Source: Azolla caroliniana (Eukaryota > Plantae > Polypodiophyta). From it: 64,000 bases of DNA. The stretch covers positions 8,494,001 to 8,558,000 of the forward strand of contig JBHGNT010000022.1 in the NCBI GenBank assembly GCA_043228905.1, written 5' to 3'. Position 1 is the stretch's first letter. Every line of letters begins with the position of its first letter. Under the pieces are notes generated by a model. The model was not told the DNA's origin, made no database searches, and saw only the letters and a list, made by a program, of their open reading frames with translations. This document shows positions 1 to 12,652 of the stretch, piece by piece. A program made the position numbers and the translations under genes.

Positions 1-38
1 CATGGCAAGATAAGATAAGTAGAGAAGATCTTCTAGCA

Positions 39-434
39 TTGAGGATTCGTCAGTTGGAGTGGAATTTGGAAGATATAGAAGTGGCTAAAGTGCGGCTAAA
101 GAATGCAAGGCTAAAGAACAAGAAAGACTTCGATAAACAACATCGACTTCGCCTGAGGAAAATCGTTGAAGGAGATTGGGTGCTAGTCTATGACAGTAGC
201 GTAGACAACCAACATAGTACAGCTCAAAAATTTTCACAACGATGGTTTGGACCATATGTGGTGAAAAAAGTGGAAGAAAATGCAACATATCATTTAGTAG
301 AATTGGAGGGTACACCACTTGCCTTGCCAATTTCCGGTAAAAGGGTCAAGATCTTCAACAGAAGAGATAGAATAGAAATTGGATTCGAAGCTTTTGACGA
401 TTCTGTCTTGGGCATCGATGAAAATGTATTGTAA
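39..434 (+). pseudogene. C-terminal part of a Ty3/Gypsy integrase (element extends left of the window)
   Basis: IVEGDWVLVYDSSVDNQH...RWFGPYVV is a GPY/F-type integrase tail, matching the minus-strand integrase at 50999-51634. It is followed by a PPT and an LTR. Confidence 0.85.
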
Positions 435-498
435 ACAAAGGTGGAGCCTCACCAAAATTGGCACATACCGGTGGATGTGCTGGTTTGGTGGGGGCGAA

Positions 499-1656
499 TG
501 TCATGTGAATCTTCTCACACTATGTAAAAGAATAAATAATAAAATAAGTACTTTATATTAGCTTAATGACATGTTGTAGAAAGATAGATGTTTAAGAAGA
601 TAGGGAAAGTAGAACTATGATTTATCCCACATAGATAGGAAACTTAAGGCTCTGGCTATATAACCACATTGAGATCCCTCATTTTTCATTTGTGCTAAGA
701 ACACTTTGGCCACTTTGTCTTGATGGAAGATGGTGGCCAAGTTCCCATAAATCAGAAACGGACCGGTAAGCAAAACCAGAACTGGGCTGGTAAGCAAACC
801 AAAACCGGCCAGAAAGCAAACTGAAACAGGCAGGTAAGCAAACTGGAACCGGCTAGTAAGCAATCCGGAACCGGTCGGTAAGCAATTCGGAACCGGCCGG
901 TAAGCAAATCGAAATCGGCGAAATCGGCAATTGGATGGTGTCAGAAATCGGGCGGATCCGACAACTGGTGACGATCGAGACGAACAGATGATAAGATCAT
1001 GTGGCTAATTAAAATGAAGTGAAGAAAACTAAAGTAAAGGTCATGTAGATGGTCGCATGCAACTAAAAGAAAAAGCCGTGCAACTAAAAATGGATGTAAC
1101 TAAAAAGCCATGCAACTAAAAGAAGAAGCTATGCAACTAAAATTAGAGGCCATGCAACAAAAAGTGGAGAGGCATATGATCAACGAGAGAAATGCATATA
1201 AAATTCCCTTTTTTTTTACACTCAAGCTCTCTCTCCATATTATATTTGTTTTCTTTTCCTTCTTAGCTCCCCTATCTTATCGAAGCCATATCTCTCAAGT
1301 AAACCCTAATTTCCTTACGGAAGCCATATCTTACTCATAACCCTAAATTTCCATACGGAAGCTATTCAACTCATAAAACCATAATCTCTTATCAAAGCCA
1401 AAAACCCTAATTTTCTATAGAATTCATATCTTAATTTCCTCTTATCTATTACTCTAGTAATCTCCATTAACCAAACCTTTTGTAATCTCAATCTTGAGAT
1501 TGATTGTAATCTTTCTTTCCCTTTATTAATGAAATTTGTGAATCTTTCTCATTTTGTATTAATTGTTTAATATAATCATACGAATCTGATATCTTCCAAT
1601 CGGAGGCCCCGGGGTCTTGCCTCAAGTTCACGTATCGTCGTCGTATTTTCGCGACA
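499..1656 (+). mobile_element. Gypsy 3' LTR
   Basis: Purine tract GGTGGGGGCGAA ends at 498. Termini TGTCATG...CGCGACA. TATA-like TATAAA near 1197 followed by a CT-rich tract. Confidence 0.75.
757..912. repeat. Degenerate ~20-bp tandem repeat (AACCGG...TAAGCAA) inside the LTR U3
   Basis: About seven imperfect copies of (GG)TAAGCAA with AACCGG-like spacers. Confidence 0.75.
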
Positions 1657-2149
1657 ACGGTGCCTCCGGATGGAAGAGCCGAGATGATGACTAACTCGGG
1701 AGACTATATTTGAAAATAGCCAAAATGTGCCCCATGTGGGCTATGTATGTAAATAGCCATAACGTTGTATAAGTATAAATACAACTAGGGATCACTTTAG
1801 TAAGATGTGGGTTGTGAGTTACAAGAAGGTAGTGGCCTTTATAACTGTGTAAAATAGAGAGAGAGAGTGTGTGTGACTTAGAGTGTAATTCTACAACCGT
1901 TTGTTGACGAAGAAGATCTCGAGGTTGTCGCCTTTGAGTTTCTTGTTGTACTTCCTCTCAACATATAGTGATATGTTTTGGAGTTTGAAGACTCCACGTG
2001 GTTTTTCCCGATTTGGGTTTCCACGTAAAATCTTGTGTCTCTGTATCTTGTTTTTTTCCTTCTGCTTTTTGGTCTGTGTACTAGCTCTCTTGTTTCTACA
2101 CCCAAATACGAATGTGAAACTGGTTGTGGCCAGTTGATTCTTAAAAAAG
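1657..2149 (+). mobile_element. Copia 5' LTR whose first bases are separated by the Gypsy insertion
   Basis: Collinear with the LTR at 12101-12652 (GGGAGACTATATTTG, GTGCCCCATGTGGGCTATGTATGTAAATA, GATTTGGGTTTCCACGT). Followed by a PBS. Confidence 0.8.
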
Positions 2150-2161
2150 TGGTATCAGAGC
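2150..2161 (+). promoter_or_regulatory. Primer-binding site, tRNA-iMet
   Basis: TGGTATCAGAGC directly after the LTR and just before the gag ATG at 2163. Confidence 0.9.
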
Positions 2162-2162
2162 A

Positions 2163-3194
2163 ATGGAAGACTCGTTCGGAGGCATGTTCAAGTTAATTGG
2201 CTCCAACTACTCAGTGTGGAAGTCAAAGATGAGAGAAATTCTCGTGTGCAAAGACCTCTGGCTATCAGTGCAATTTGGAGATAAAAGGCCAGACAAGATC
2301 GATGCAGTGACTTGGGAAGTGTTCCATCTGAAGGCGGCCACATATATAAGGTGTTTTATAGAGATGAGTGTATACAACAACTTTGGCGAAGAAACAGAAG
2401 CTAATGTCCTATGGAAGAAGCTCAATGTAATGTTTGAGAACAAGAATGACGTGAACCAAGTCTCTGTATTTCGAAAAATTGTGAGACTCTAGTATCAGGA
2501 TGGCTCCAGTATGGCGGAGCACATCAATGCCTTCCAAGGACTAATGAACCAAAACAACTCTCTAGAAGTACCTCTTGCTGACCAGGTATTGGCACTATTG
2601 TTGCTAGGATCCCTTCTAGACAATTGGGAGATGCTCGTTGGCACATTGGGTAACGTCGGGCCAAAAGGGAAAAACTTATCCCTAGAGTAGGTGAAATCGA
2701 GCTTGCTGAATGAAAAAGCTCGCCGGAAGGACCAGAAGTCCAATACCGACCAGAAGGCCTTAGTCATGGAAGGTGACACGATTCGGGAAGAAGCCGAAAT
2801 CGAAGTCCCCAGAACCAAGATAAGGCAGGGACCAGGTCGAAGTCGAGGGGATGGCCCACATGCTTTTATTTTGGGAGGCTAGGGCACTTTCAGAAAAACT
2901 GATGGTGTAGAGCCGAAGAAAATCCCGGATAGGAAGAACACCTTAGCAATCCCCGCGACTGAGGAGGAGTTGCTGCTCATTAGTGAGCAAAACGAAGTGA
3001 ATCTCGTCGGCAAAGAATCGACATGGGTGGTTGATTTGGGTGCGTTGTTTCACCTAACCCCCGACCGAAAGTGCTTCTCATCCTATAGAGCCGAAGATCT
3101 CGGATCTGTAAAGATGGGGAATGAAGGAGCATGCCGAATCGTCGGCATAGGAGATGTTTCTTTGGTAACCTCAACCGTGTGGAGACTCGTGTTG
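2163..3194 (+). pseudogene. Copia gag-protease, truncated
   Basis: KLIGSNYSVWK, ALLLLGSLLDNW and protease-like STWVVDLGALFHL motifs, with stops and frameshifts. Confidence 0.85.
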
Positions 3195-3514
3195 AAATCG
3201 GTTCAACGCCAGTCTTAAGCCTCTTAAGCTACTACTGTACATTCTCTTCACATAATATATATCTTTTCTTATCATCTCTCCCTCTCTCTCGATCTCTCTC
3301 TCGATCTCTCTCTCTCTCCCTCTCACTCACTCTTTCCTTCTCTCGAGAGTTCTTCACCTCTCTTAGTACTAATACTTCTTTTAGTACTAATTCCTTCTCT
3401 GTCTTAGTACTGTTCCTAACAGTTTGAACCGATTTTGTCGATCTTCCTTTCCTCCTCTTCCGTTCCTCCTTTTACTTTTATCTTCTTATTAATCCTCTTA
3501 TCCTCCCTAGTAAA

Positions 3515-4653
3515 ATGGAAACTGTTAGCGCTCAGGAATACCAATCTGTTTTCTCAGAGCTCCAGTGCTTAAAAGAGAAACTTGTGGCACTAGAACAAGA
3601 AAATCATCGCTTGTTGGGGGATCTTCAACAAATAGCGCTGGAAAAACAACAACAACACGGGGAGCTAACACTACGTGTACAACAACTCGAAGTGACTATC
3701 ATATCATTACAACAACAAGGATCAAGCACTCAAGGGATTCACAAAGAACCCAAGATCGGTCTTCCAGCAAAATTTGATGGGACCCGATCACAGTTTAGAG
3801 GGTTTTTGAATCAGGTACGTTTAGTGATACAAATGCATCCTTCTCGATATCCCACCGATGCATCACGAGTGGGACTAGTAGGCACTCTCCTTAGTGGCTC
3901 AGCGTTTGGTTTGCTCCATTGTTGGAAAAGGATTCTCCATTATTAAACAATTTTGAAGAATTTATAAGTGAGTTTAAGGCCTGTTTTGGAGATACTGATA
4001 GCATAAGGACTACAATCAACAAAATCCGGCGATTACGCCAAGGTGATTGTCCAGCTTCCGCATACGCTGCAGATTTCCGCCTACTCGCTGCCGATATCCC
4101 TTGGGATGATCACGCATTGATGGATCAATTCCGTTATGGCTTACGCAACGATGTCAAGGATTTACTCTTGACCTTCCCCGAAGAGCCAAAGTCAATAACA
4201 GAAGCAATTAGTCGCGCGGTGAGATGCGACAACCGCCTCTTCAAACGACGTTCGGAACAACAATTCCAGATTCCGAGGGCAAGATTAGAGCCTACCTATG
4301 CCTCAGTGGTAGCGAAAGCTTTTCCGAGGGAGTCATATAATGCGCCTCCAGCAAGTACTCCAACTCCAATGGAAATTGACACCACACGTTGTCTTGGACC
4401 GCTATCGGAAGAAGAAAAGCAACAACGCCGAGCAAACCGACTATGTCTTTATTGCGGTGGACCAGGGCATATCGCAGTAAACTGTCCCCATAGGCCAAGA
4501 AGGCAGGTAAACCAAATAGTTGCTAGTTGTGATTATACTAAACCCGAGTCTATTTCATTAGGGATATCTGATAGTCCTAATAGTACTAATAGCCCAAATC
4601 TAGCGAACAAATTTGATGTCCTTAGTCAGTTAGAAGAAGAGTTAAACGACTAA
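3515..4653 (+). pseudogene. Chromovirus gag (frameshifted) with CCHC knuckle
   Basis: PAKFDGTRSQFRGFL, LRQG, PTPMEID and CLYCGGPGHIAVNC motifs. ORFs 3515-3946 and 3919-4653. Confidence 0.9.
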
Positions 4654-7600
4654 GTCCAGCCAAAATAGGAGCCGTTTGGTTGGACAGCCCTAGATCTGTG
4701 CAGCCCATTAGTGGTTCCATTCCCGCTAAGCAAGTTAGCAATGTGTTCGTAGCCCAAGTAACAGTTAGTACTAAAAGTACTCCTCCAGTACATGTCTTAG
4801 CACTTCTAGATTCTAGAGCTAATTCTTGCTTCATGGATAGGAAATTTGCCCAAGCTCATCAGATATCTCTCAGAAAACTCCCATGTCCTGCCCTTGTAGT
4901 AGTCGTCGATGGTCGTCCCATTGCCTCAGGAAATATCATAGAAGAGTCAGAGCCCGTTAATGTTGTCCTAGATAATCTAGCATGTGTCATATCATTTAAT
5001 ATAATTAGCATCCCAGAACACCCCATTGTCTTAGGATTACCATGGTTCGAATTACATAACCCAGACATAGATTGGCGGACAAGAGAAATCCGGCATCGAA
5101 AAGCCCGAGGGTCTACTCATGAGATTGCAACGATTTCACTACATCAGTTGCGTGAGTAAGGATGCAAGGAAGAAATGTTCCTCTTCGCAATATCAGTAAA
5201 CCCCTCCAGCACCACTAAAAAGGATTCCACCGTTCAACTTCCAGAGAAGTATCATCAGTATGCCGATGTGTTTGATAAAGTACAAGCCAGTACGCTTCCT
5301 CACCATCGACCATATGATTGCCCCATCGATTTACAACCGGGGAAAGAGCCACCTTGGGGACCGATCTACAATTTGTCACCAACCGAACTGGAAGTCCTCC
5401 GAGCCTATATAGAGGAGAATTTCGAGAATGGTTTCATACGACATTCGAAATCTCCAACCGGCACACCCATTTTCTTCGTCAAGAAAAAGGATGACTCACT
5501 TCGGCTCGTTGTAGATTACCGTGGCTTGAATAAGGTTACAATCCGAAATAGGTATGCACTCCCCCTTATCTCAAGTCTTTTAGAACGGATCAATGGTGCC
5601 AGGTTCTTCACGAAGATCGACTTACGGGGAGCCTATAACCTCGTACGGATCCGACCAGGAGATGAATGGAAGACCGCGTTCCGCACCAGATATGGGCACT
5701 TCGAGTATACGGTTATGCCGTTCGGCCTCAATAATGCGCCAGCAGTCTTCCAGCACATGGAAAATGATATTTTCCGAGATCTCTTGGATGTGTGTCTAAT
5801 CATCTATTTGGATGATCTACTGGTTTACTCGAAGACCCAAGAAGAGCATGATTCTCATGTACTGTTAGTACTAAAACGACTTCGAGAACATGGTCTCTAT
5901 GCAAAGCTGGAAAAATGTAGTTTCGGGTGCAACCAAGTGGAATTTCTCGGCTATGTCATTTCCTCAGAAGGCATCTCCATGGACCCAGCTAAGGTCAAAA
6001 CGGTGGTAGAATGGCAGACTCCGCGTTCGGTGCGGGATGTGCAATGCTTTCTAGGCTTTGCCAATTTTTACCATAAGTTTATAAAGGATTACTCAAAGCT
6101 CGTTTTGCCTCTTACACAACTTACTAGGAAGGGACAATCGTTCGTTTGGTCTGAAGAAGCGGACATGGCTTTTGAGAATCTTAAACAGGCATTTACATCG
6201 GCTCCCATTCTAGCTCACGTTGATCCAGAAAAACCATTCATCATCGAAGCGGACACATTGGATTTTGCATTGGGAAGCATTCTATCACAACGAGGTAATG
6301 ATGAAAAGCTACATCCTGTGGCTTTTCACTCACGCAAGTTTGACGCCGCCGAAATCAACTACGAAATTCATGATAAAGAGCTATTGGCTATAGTGGACTC
6401 TTTTATGCAATGGAGGCATTTTCTAGAGGAATCTTCTCATCAAGTCACTGTATTCAGTGACCACAAAAACCTCGCCTATTTTCAAGACGCTCGTGTGTTA
6501 AATCGACGTCAAGCTCGGTCGGCCCATTTTCTCACGCGTTTCGACTTCAAGATTACATATCAACCTGGGTAACATCAAGGGAAAGCAGATGCATTATCAC
6601 GGCGTTCGTACCTAGCACCGCGTCCCGGGGAGCCAGCTTTCGATAACCAAAAGCAAGTAATCTTGGGTCCGGCACGACTGCAAGCAACACAGGTCTTTGG
6701 CATGCCCATGGATTCCCACGTTATCGATATCATACGTGTGGACCTGAAGACAGATGCTTTCACCCAAGCTATACTAGCACAAATTGATCCCTCTCGAGCA
6801 TCGTGTTCACAGTCGCAACCACCAGGTACGGACTATCGGCAATTCAAATACCATGATGGATTACTCTTCTTTATAGAACTTTTGTATGTTCCTAATGGTT
6901 TTTCCTGCCTTCAAGTAGTACAAAACTGTCATGACACATATACAACTGGGCATTTTGGTAGTACTAAAACATTAGATTTAGTACAACGATCATTCTGGTG
7001 GCCCCGTATGCGACAATTTGTCGAAGATTTTGTTCGGACTTGTGACACATGCTGCAGAGCGAAAATACTAAGGCATCATCCATATGGTTTATTAGAACCA
7101 TTACCAATTCCAAGCAAGCCGTGGCAATCCATTGCTCTAGACTTCATCACAGATCTTCCAGTCTCTAAGGGGTTCAATGCGATTCTAATAGTGGTAGATC
7201 GATATACGAAGATGGCTCATTTTTTGCCATGTACTAAGGAAATCTCTAGTGAAGACACCGCCGAAATTGTCATGCGTGAAGTATGTCGACATCATGGACT
7301 TCCCGATAGTATCGTCAGTGACCATGGACCCCAGTTCGTGTCAAAATTCTGGAAGCACCTTTTTAAAATGCTCAAGGTCACTTGTAACCTCTCCTTCGGC
7401 TACCACCCACAAACAGACGGCCAAGCCGAACGAACAAATCAAACGTTGGAGCAGTACCTGCGGTGCTTTCTTAGCTATCATCAGGATGACTGGGCAGATA
7501 TTGTCCACTTCGCCGAATTTGCCTATAATAACTCTATCCACACATCGACTAAAGTTACGCCATTTTATGCTTATACGGGATGTCACCCCCGGTGGTGTGT

Positions 7601-8237
7601 ACTTGAAACCCCAGAGGTGTCCACAAATCCTTGCGCGGAGGATCGTTTGGAACGGTTACGCAAGTTACAAGCGGATTTAGCTACTCATCTCCAACAAGCT
7701 CAGCAAACACACAAGGTTTATGCGGATCGTCATCGACTCCCATGCAGTTTTAACATTGGAGATCGGGTATGGCTACTCCGACGACACATCAAGACTACTC
7801 GCCCATGCGAGAAGTTAGATTATCGGTGATTAGGTCCTTTCCGTATCATAGGAAAGATTAATGATGTCGCTTTTCTTCTCGATCTACCTCCACAACTTCG
7901 GATACATCCGGTGTTTCATAGTTCTCTCCTTGAACCCTATAAAGAGAGCACCATCCCAGGACGTATTACACAGCCTCCACCCCCGATCGAGCTTGAAGAT
8001 GGACCTGAGTACGAGGTTGCCGCCATCCTTGATTCCAAGATTGTTCGCAACAAGCTCTATTATCTAGTCGATTGGCTAGGATATAGTCCCAGTGAGCGTA
8101 CTTGGGAACCGATAGAGAATGTCACCAATGCTCGTGCACTTCTTGAAAACTGCCATCATCAATATCCAGACAAACCGGGTCCTCAATCCAAAACAACTCG
8201 TTACACTCGTCGTTTTAAAGGGAGGATAGTGTCATGA
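4641..8237 (+). pseudogene. Chromovirus pol (PR-RT-RH-IN-chromodomain) with premature stops
   Basis: [48 protein letters not shown] and YEVAAILDSK..YLVDWLGY motifs. Confidence 0.92.
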
Positions 8238-8526
8238 TATGGCAAGACTCGAACCCATGACCTTATGCTACATGGGTCGAGCTCTTGACCATCAGACTAT
8301 ACATTGTAATACGTAGAATATTATTTTCATTTATGTTTTATTATAGAAAATTGATGTATATTCCAGATTTCTCTGGAACATTCTAGAAACTTCAGGAGTA
8401 TTCCTTAGAACACTATAAAAGGAGGCACGAGGCATTATTTCAAACCAAATCGGTTCAACGCCAGTCTTAAGCCTCCTAAGCTACTACTGTACATTCTCTT
8501 CACATAATATATATCTTTTCTTATCA

Positions 8527-8558
<32 letters not shown>

Positions 8559-8661
8559 CCTCTCACTCACTCTTTCCTTCTCTCGAGAGTTCTTCACCTC
8601 TCTTAGTACTAATACTTCTTTTAGTACTAATTCCTTCTCTGTCTTAGTACTGTTCCTGACA

Positions 8662-10547
8662 CCCGCAAGGTTCGGATGGGTGTTTGCTTTGAATGTGCAA
8701 GTTTAAAAAGCATTGCAAAGAGTGGGACAATAGATGAAGAAATAAACAATTATAACTTGAATTTATTAAAAGAACATCGAGAAAACCAAGTGTTGGAAAG
8801 ATCTAAAGCTATTCACCATCTTCAAAAAGCACTTGAATCACCGGAAAGGTACATGTGCTTGATTATAGATGGAATGGATTAGAAGTTTTTGCCACACTTT
8901 CAAAGGTTGCCCAAGGATATTGTAGATGAATGCCTAGTGCATATGCACTTAGTAGGTTGTCTTCTATATTGTACAACAATAAGGCCTCAAGTGTTCCTAA
9001 CTTATCCAAATATCCACAACGAGCCTAATCTTACAGTAACAATGATGCAAAGAGTTTTGCAGACTTGGCAAGGTTTACTCCCACCAGTACTATACGTGCA
9101 ATTAGACAAAACGTCGAGAGAAAACAAGAACTCGACTGTGTTTGGTTATTTACGCATTTTAGTAGACAAGGGTATTTTCAAAAAGATTAAGGTCAACTTC
9201 TTACTAGTTGTTCACACACATGATCACATAGATCAAATGTTTAGTCAGCTCTCCAAGAAATTAGTGAGATGTGATGCTTTCACACTTCCTATGCTGTCAA
9301 AGTTGATCACTGAAGCTTATACCCCAAAGCCAGATGTACAACATTTAGATGAAGTTTATGATTTTAAACGATTCTGTGTGAATGGTGATGGGACTTGATG
9401 TAGCGATCTTGTTAAGCTTAATAATATAAGTTTTAACCACGTCTTCTTGATCCACAAAAGTGTGGCTAGTCACAACCAGACGATGTTGTATGCCAAACAA
9501 TACTCATCTAGTTCGCAATGGGAGCCACAAGACGGATGTAAGCTCTTATTGCATTTCCCAAATGCACTAATCTATGGTGTAGAACAAATGCCCAATGACG
9601 ACCTCAAAAGATTGGCTACTAGTAGTTCAATTGAAGAACAAAAAATATATTGGGTGCGGTGCCTTGAGGAGAAACACAAAAATATTGAGGGAACCAAAAA
9701 GTACGTTGGTGATCAGGATGTGGAATGGTGGGATAACTTCTTTAATGATCAACGTACGATATTAGATAACTACTTTGCGGGAGTATGGCCACTACAAAAT
9801 CAATTCGAATGGAATATTGGTGGCCCATCAATGGAGAACATGACTTGTTTACAACCACTAGATAATCTTGAATTGAATAATCTAGTTCGCCCACGACAAA
9901 GAGATATTTACGTGGGACCAAGATTATCGCATGTTGCTGAGGCGAGATGGCAAGGCAATCTACATGAGTTGCAAGTTGGTATGTTGGTTGCAACATTAGC
10001 TGGGGGTGATAAGTTGGGCCATTCCTTTTGGATTGCTAAAATCATTGAAATTACTATGGATGATGAAGGCAATCCAGTTCAATCCATTATGGTTCATTGG
10101 TATCATACGTCTTCCAAAGATGCATTTACTAGGAAGTGCTCTTTAAAGATGGTTAAGGATGTCGGAGGCACAAGCAGAAAGCGGAGAAGAAAGAACCTAC
10201 CCAACACGTCTACTCTAACACTTGATAATGTCGACATACTCGTGTATGACTTCTCATTGACCAAAACAAGCCATCTAAGACAGACTACAATCAAGATAAT
10301 AAAAGAGAAGGTCCTAGATGTGCATGTTGACACATTACAAATACAAACAAGGAATATGTCTAATAATCACGATGACGTTGGATTGCAATTGGAGAGGATG
10401 CGACCCCACAAAGCTCTTCTAGTTCATCGGGTGGGTCTAAATATACATGTTAGTCATTTTGTAATTTTTTTACATTCTCTTGTAAATTTCACATGTCGAT
10501 TATTAGGGGCATTTTTTGAAAGCCCTAAATTTTTGGACATGGTATAA
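8662..10547 (+). pseudogene. 3' half of a Sola1/DUF7869-like DDD transposase (copy 1), cut by the chromovirus
   Basis: PRKVRMGVCFEC, CLIIDGMD, LYVQLDKTSRENKN, FLLVVHTHDHIDQMFS and FWIAKI..VHWY motifs. Collinear with 19500-21329. Confidence 0.75.
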
Positions 10548-10684
10548 ATAAATATATTTTGATTCAATTTCGAAAAACCTTTACGCATGCGATGGTCCTT
10601 TTTGTGAAATGACCTACTTTGTGTCTTTTTTGGACGGATTGTTCTTAAATTGCGACATATTACCTATTTCAAATCACGCGGTGT

Positions 10685-11461
10685 TTGCGTGTTTGTGAAG
10701 AAATTCGATGGAGGAGATTTCCTCATCCTCTTGCTGTACATGGATGACATGTTGATTGTCGGATGGGACCATATGAAGATTCAAGTGCTGAAGAAGGCCT
10801 TGAGTAGGTCGTTCTCGATGAAAGATATGGGTCCGGCAAAGCAAATCCTGGCTATGGACATTGTTCGAGATCGAACAAAGAAATTGCTACGACTGTCACA
10901 GGAGAAATACATGACGAGGGCGCTCCACAGAATCGGCATGGAAAGCGCGAAATTGGTCGGCTCGACACTACTGACTAACTACAAGCTAAGCAAAGATCAA
11001 TGTCTGAAATCGAAAACCGAGAAGGTTAAGATGTCAAAGGTCCCATATGCCTCAGTAGTTGGAAACCTAATGTACGCGATGGTATGTACCAAGTCGTACA
11101 TAGCATACACAGTCAGAGTGGTCAGCCGATATATGAGCAATCGTGACAAAGAGCATTGGGCTGCTATGAAGTGGATATGTTTGTTACCCGTATAGGTGTA
11201 CGAGAGGGTTAGGTGTAATGTGGAAGGAGGTGTGTAAGGTGTAATATGAAATGTGAATGTGTGAGTGTTAGGTGGGGTAAGTAGGTGTACCTACGTCCAG
11301 TTGGATTTTGTAATGATTAGATCTTATTCTATTTAAACCCCACCCATGGGATATGAAAATAAATAAATATATTGAAGTTACCCTCAAACCACGTTTTTCT
11401 CAATTCTCAATTCTCACTCTCTCACTCTCTCACTCTCTCACTCTCTCACTCACTCTGTGCA

Positions 11462-11504
<43 letters not shown>

Positions 11505-12090
11505 TCTCACATTCAAAATCCCTTGGGAGGGGGGTGGAGCCAAGCATAAACAACGTCGGTACTTGAGAGGCACCTCGAGCATGTGTCTTCGATTCGGCTC
11601 GGGTAACCCCACATTGGAAGGTTACATGGATTCAGACATGTCGGCAAATGTAGATACCAGCCGATCCACGACTGGATATGTGATGACTCATGTAGGGGGA
11701 GCTGTTTCACGACAGTCGAGGCTGTAGAAGGCCATGGCATTGTCGACGACGGAAGCTGAGTATATGGCCGCAGTGGAAGCCGACAAGGAAATAACATGGA
11801 TGAAGGAATTTATCGGTGAGCCCGAAATTCGACAGGAAGAATTTCGACTCTACTGCAATAATGAGAGTGTCATCCATCTTGCCAAGAATGTCGCCTACCA
11901 CTTGAGGACCAAGCACATCTAGAGGAGATACCATTGGCTCTGAGAGCGAGTAGAAGAGAAGGACTTTGCTCTGATGAAGATCCACATGGATGAGAATGGA
12001 TTGGATATGCTGATGAAGGTGCTATCAGCCGAAAAACTAAACGCGTGCCGACAAAGAGTTGGTTTGGTGAAGTACTCCATGCCGGAGTGA
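10685..12090 (+). pseudogene. Copia RT-RNase H (interrupted by a solo LTR)
   Basis: LLYMDDMLI, MKDMGPAKQIL, PYASVVGNLMYAM, ALSTTEAEY and TKHI motifs. Confidence 0.9.
11182..11552 (+). mobile_element. Solo LTR inserted in Copia RT
   Basis: TGTTACC...TAAACA termini with flanks ATGTT/ACGTC (a decayed 5-bp TSD). TATTTAAA box and CT tract. Splits the KWI|RYLRG coding sequence. Confidence 0.7.
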
Positions 12091-12100
12091 AGGGGTAGTT

Positions 12101-12652
12101 TGTTGAGAAACATGTCCCTCTAGATGGGAAGAGAAGAGCTGAGTTGATGAGTAACTTGGCAGAGGCCGAAACCGAAATCGAGGATATAGCCAACTTGGGA
12201 GACTATATTTGTAAATAGCTGAAATGTGCCCCATGTGGGCTATGTATGTAAATAACCATAACGTTGTATAAGTATAAATAAAACTAGGGCAAACTTTGGT
12301 AAGGTGTGGTAAATCATTGTTGTATGATTAGGTTGTGGGTTACAAGAAGGTAGTGGCCTTTGTAATTGTGTAAGACAGAGAGAGAGTGTGTGTGAGTTAG
12401 AGAGTAACTCTTCAACCGTTTGTTGACAAAGAAGATCTCGAGGTCATCGCCTCTGAGTTTCTTCTTGTACTTCCTCTCTACATATAGTGTGATATGTTTT
12501 GGAGTTTGTGAACTCCATGTGGTTTTTACCGATTTGGGTTTCCACGTTAAATCTTGTGTCTTTGTATCTTGTTTTTTATCTCTGTACTAGCTAACACGTT
12601 CGCGTTCACAAGTGGAAAGATCGCACAGTCCACTTGTAGAATCTTCTTGAAA
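12101..12652 (+). mobile_element. Copia 3' LTR (right end approximate)
   Basis: PPT GAAGGGGTAG precedes TGTTGAG. Homologous to 1657-2149. Confidence 0.78.

Larger units (their letters stand above)
3195..8661 (+). mobile_element. Chromovirus (Tcn1/Tf1-like Ty3/Gypsy) copy A with a 5'-truncated 5' LTR
   Basis: LTR remnant 3195-3421 matches the 3' LTR 8230-8661 (TGTCATG...CCTGACA). Order is gag, PR, RT (YLDD), RNase H, IN, chromodomain. PPT AAAGGGAGGATAG. Confidence 0.93.
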
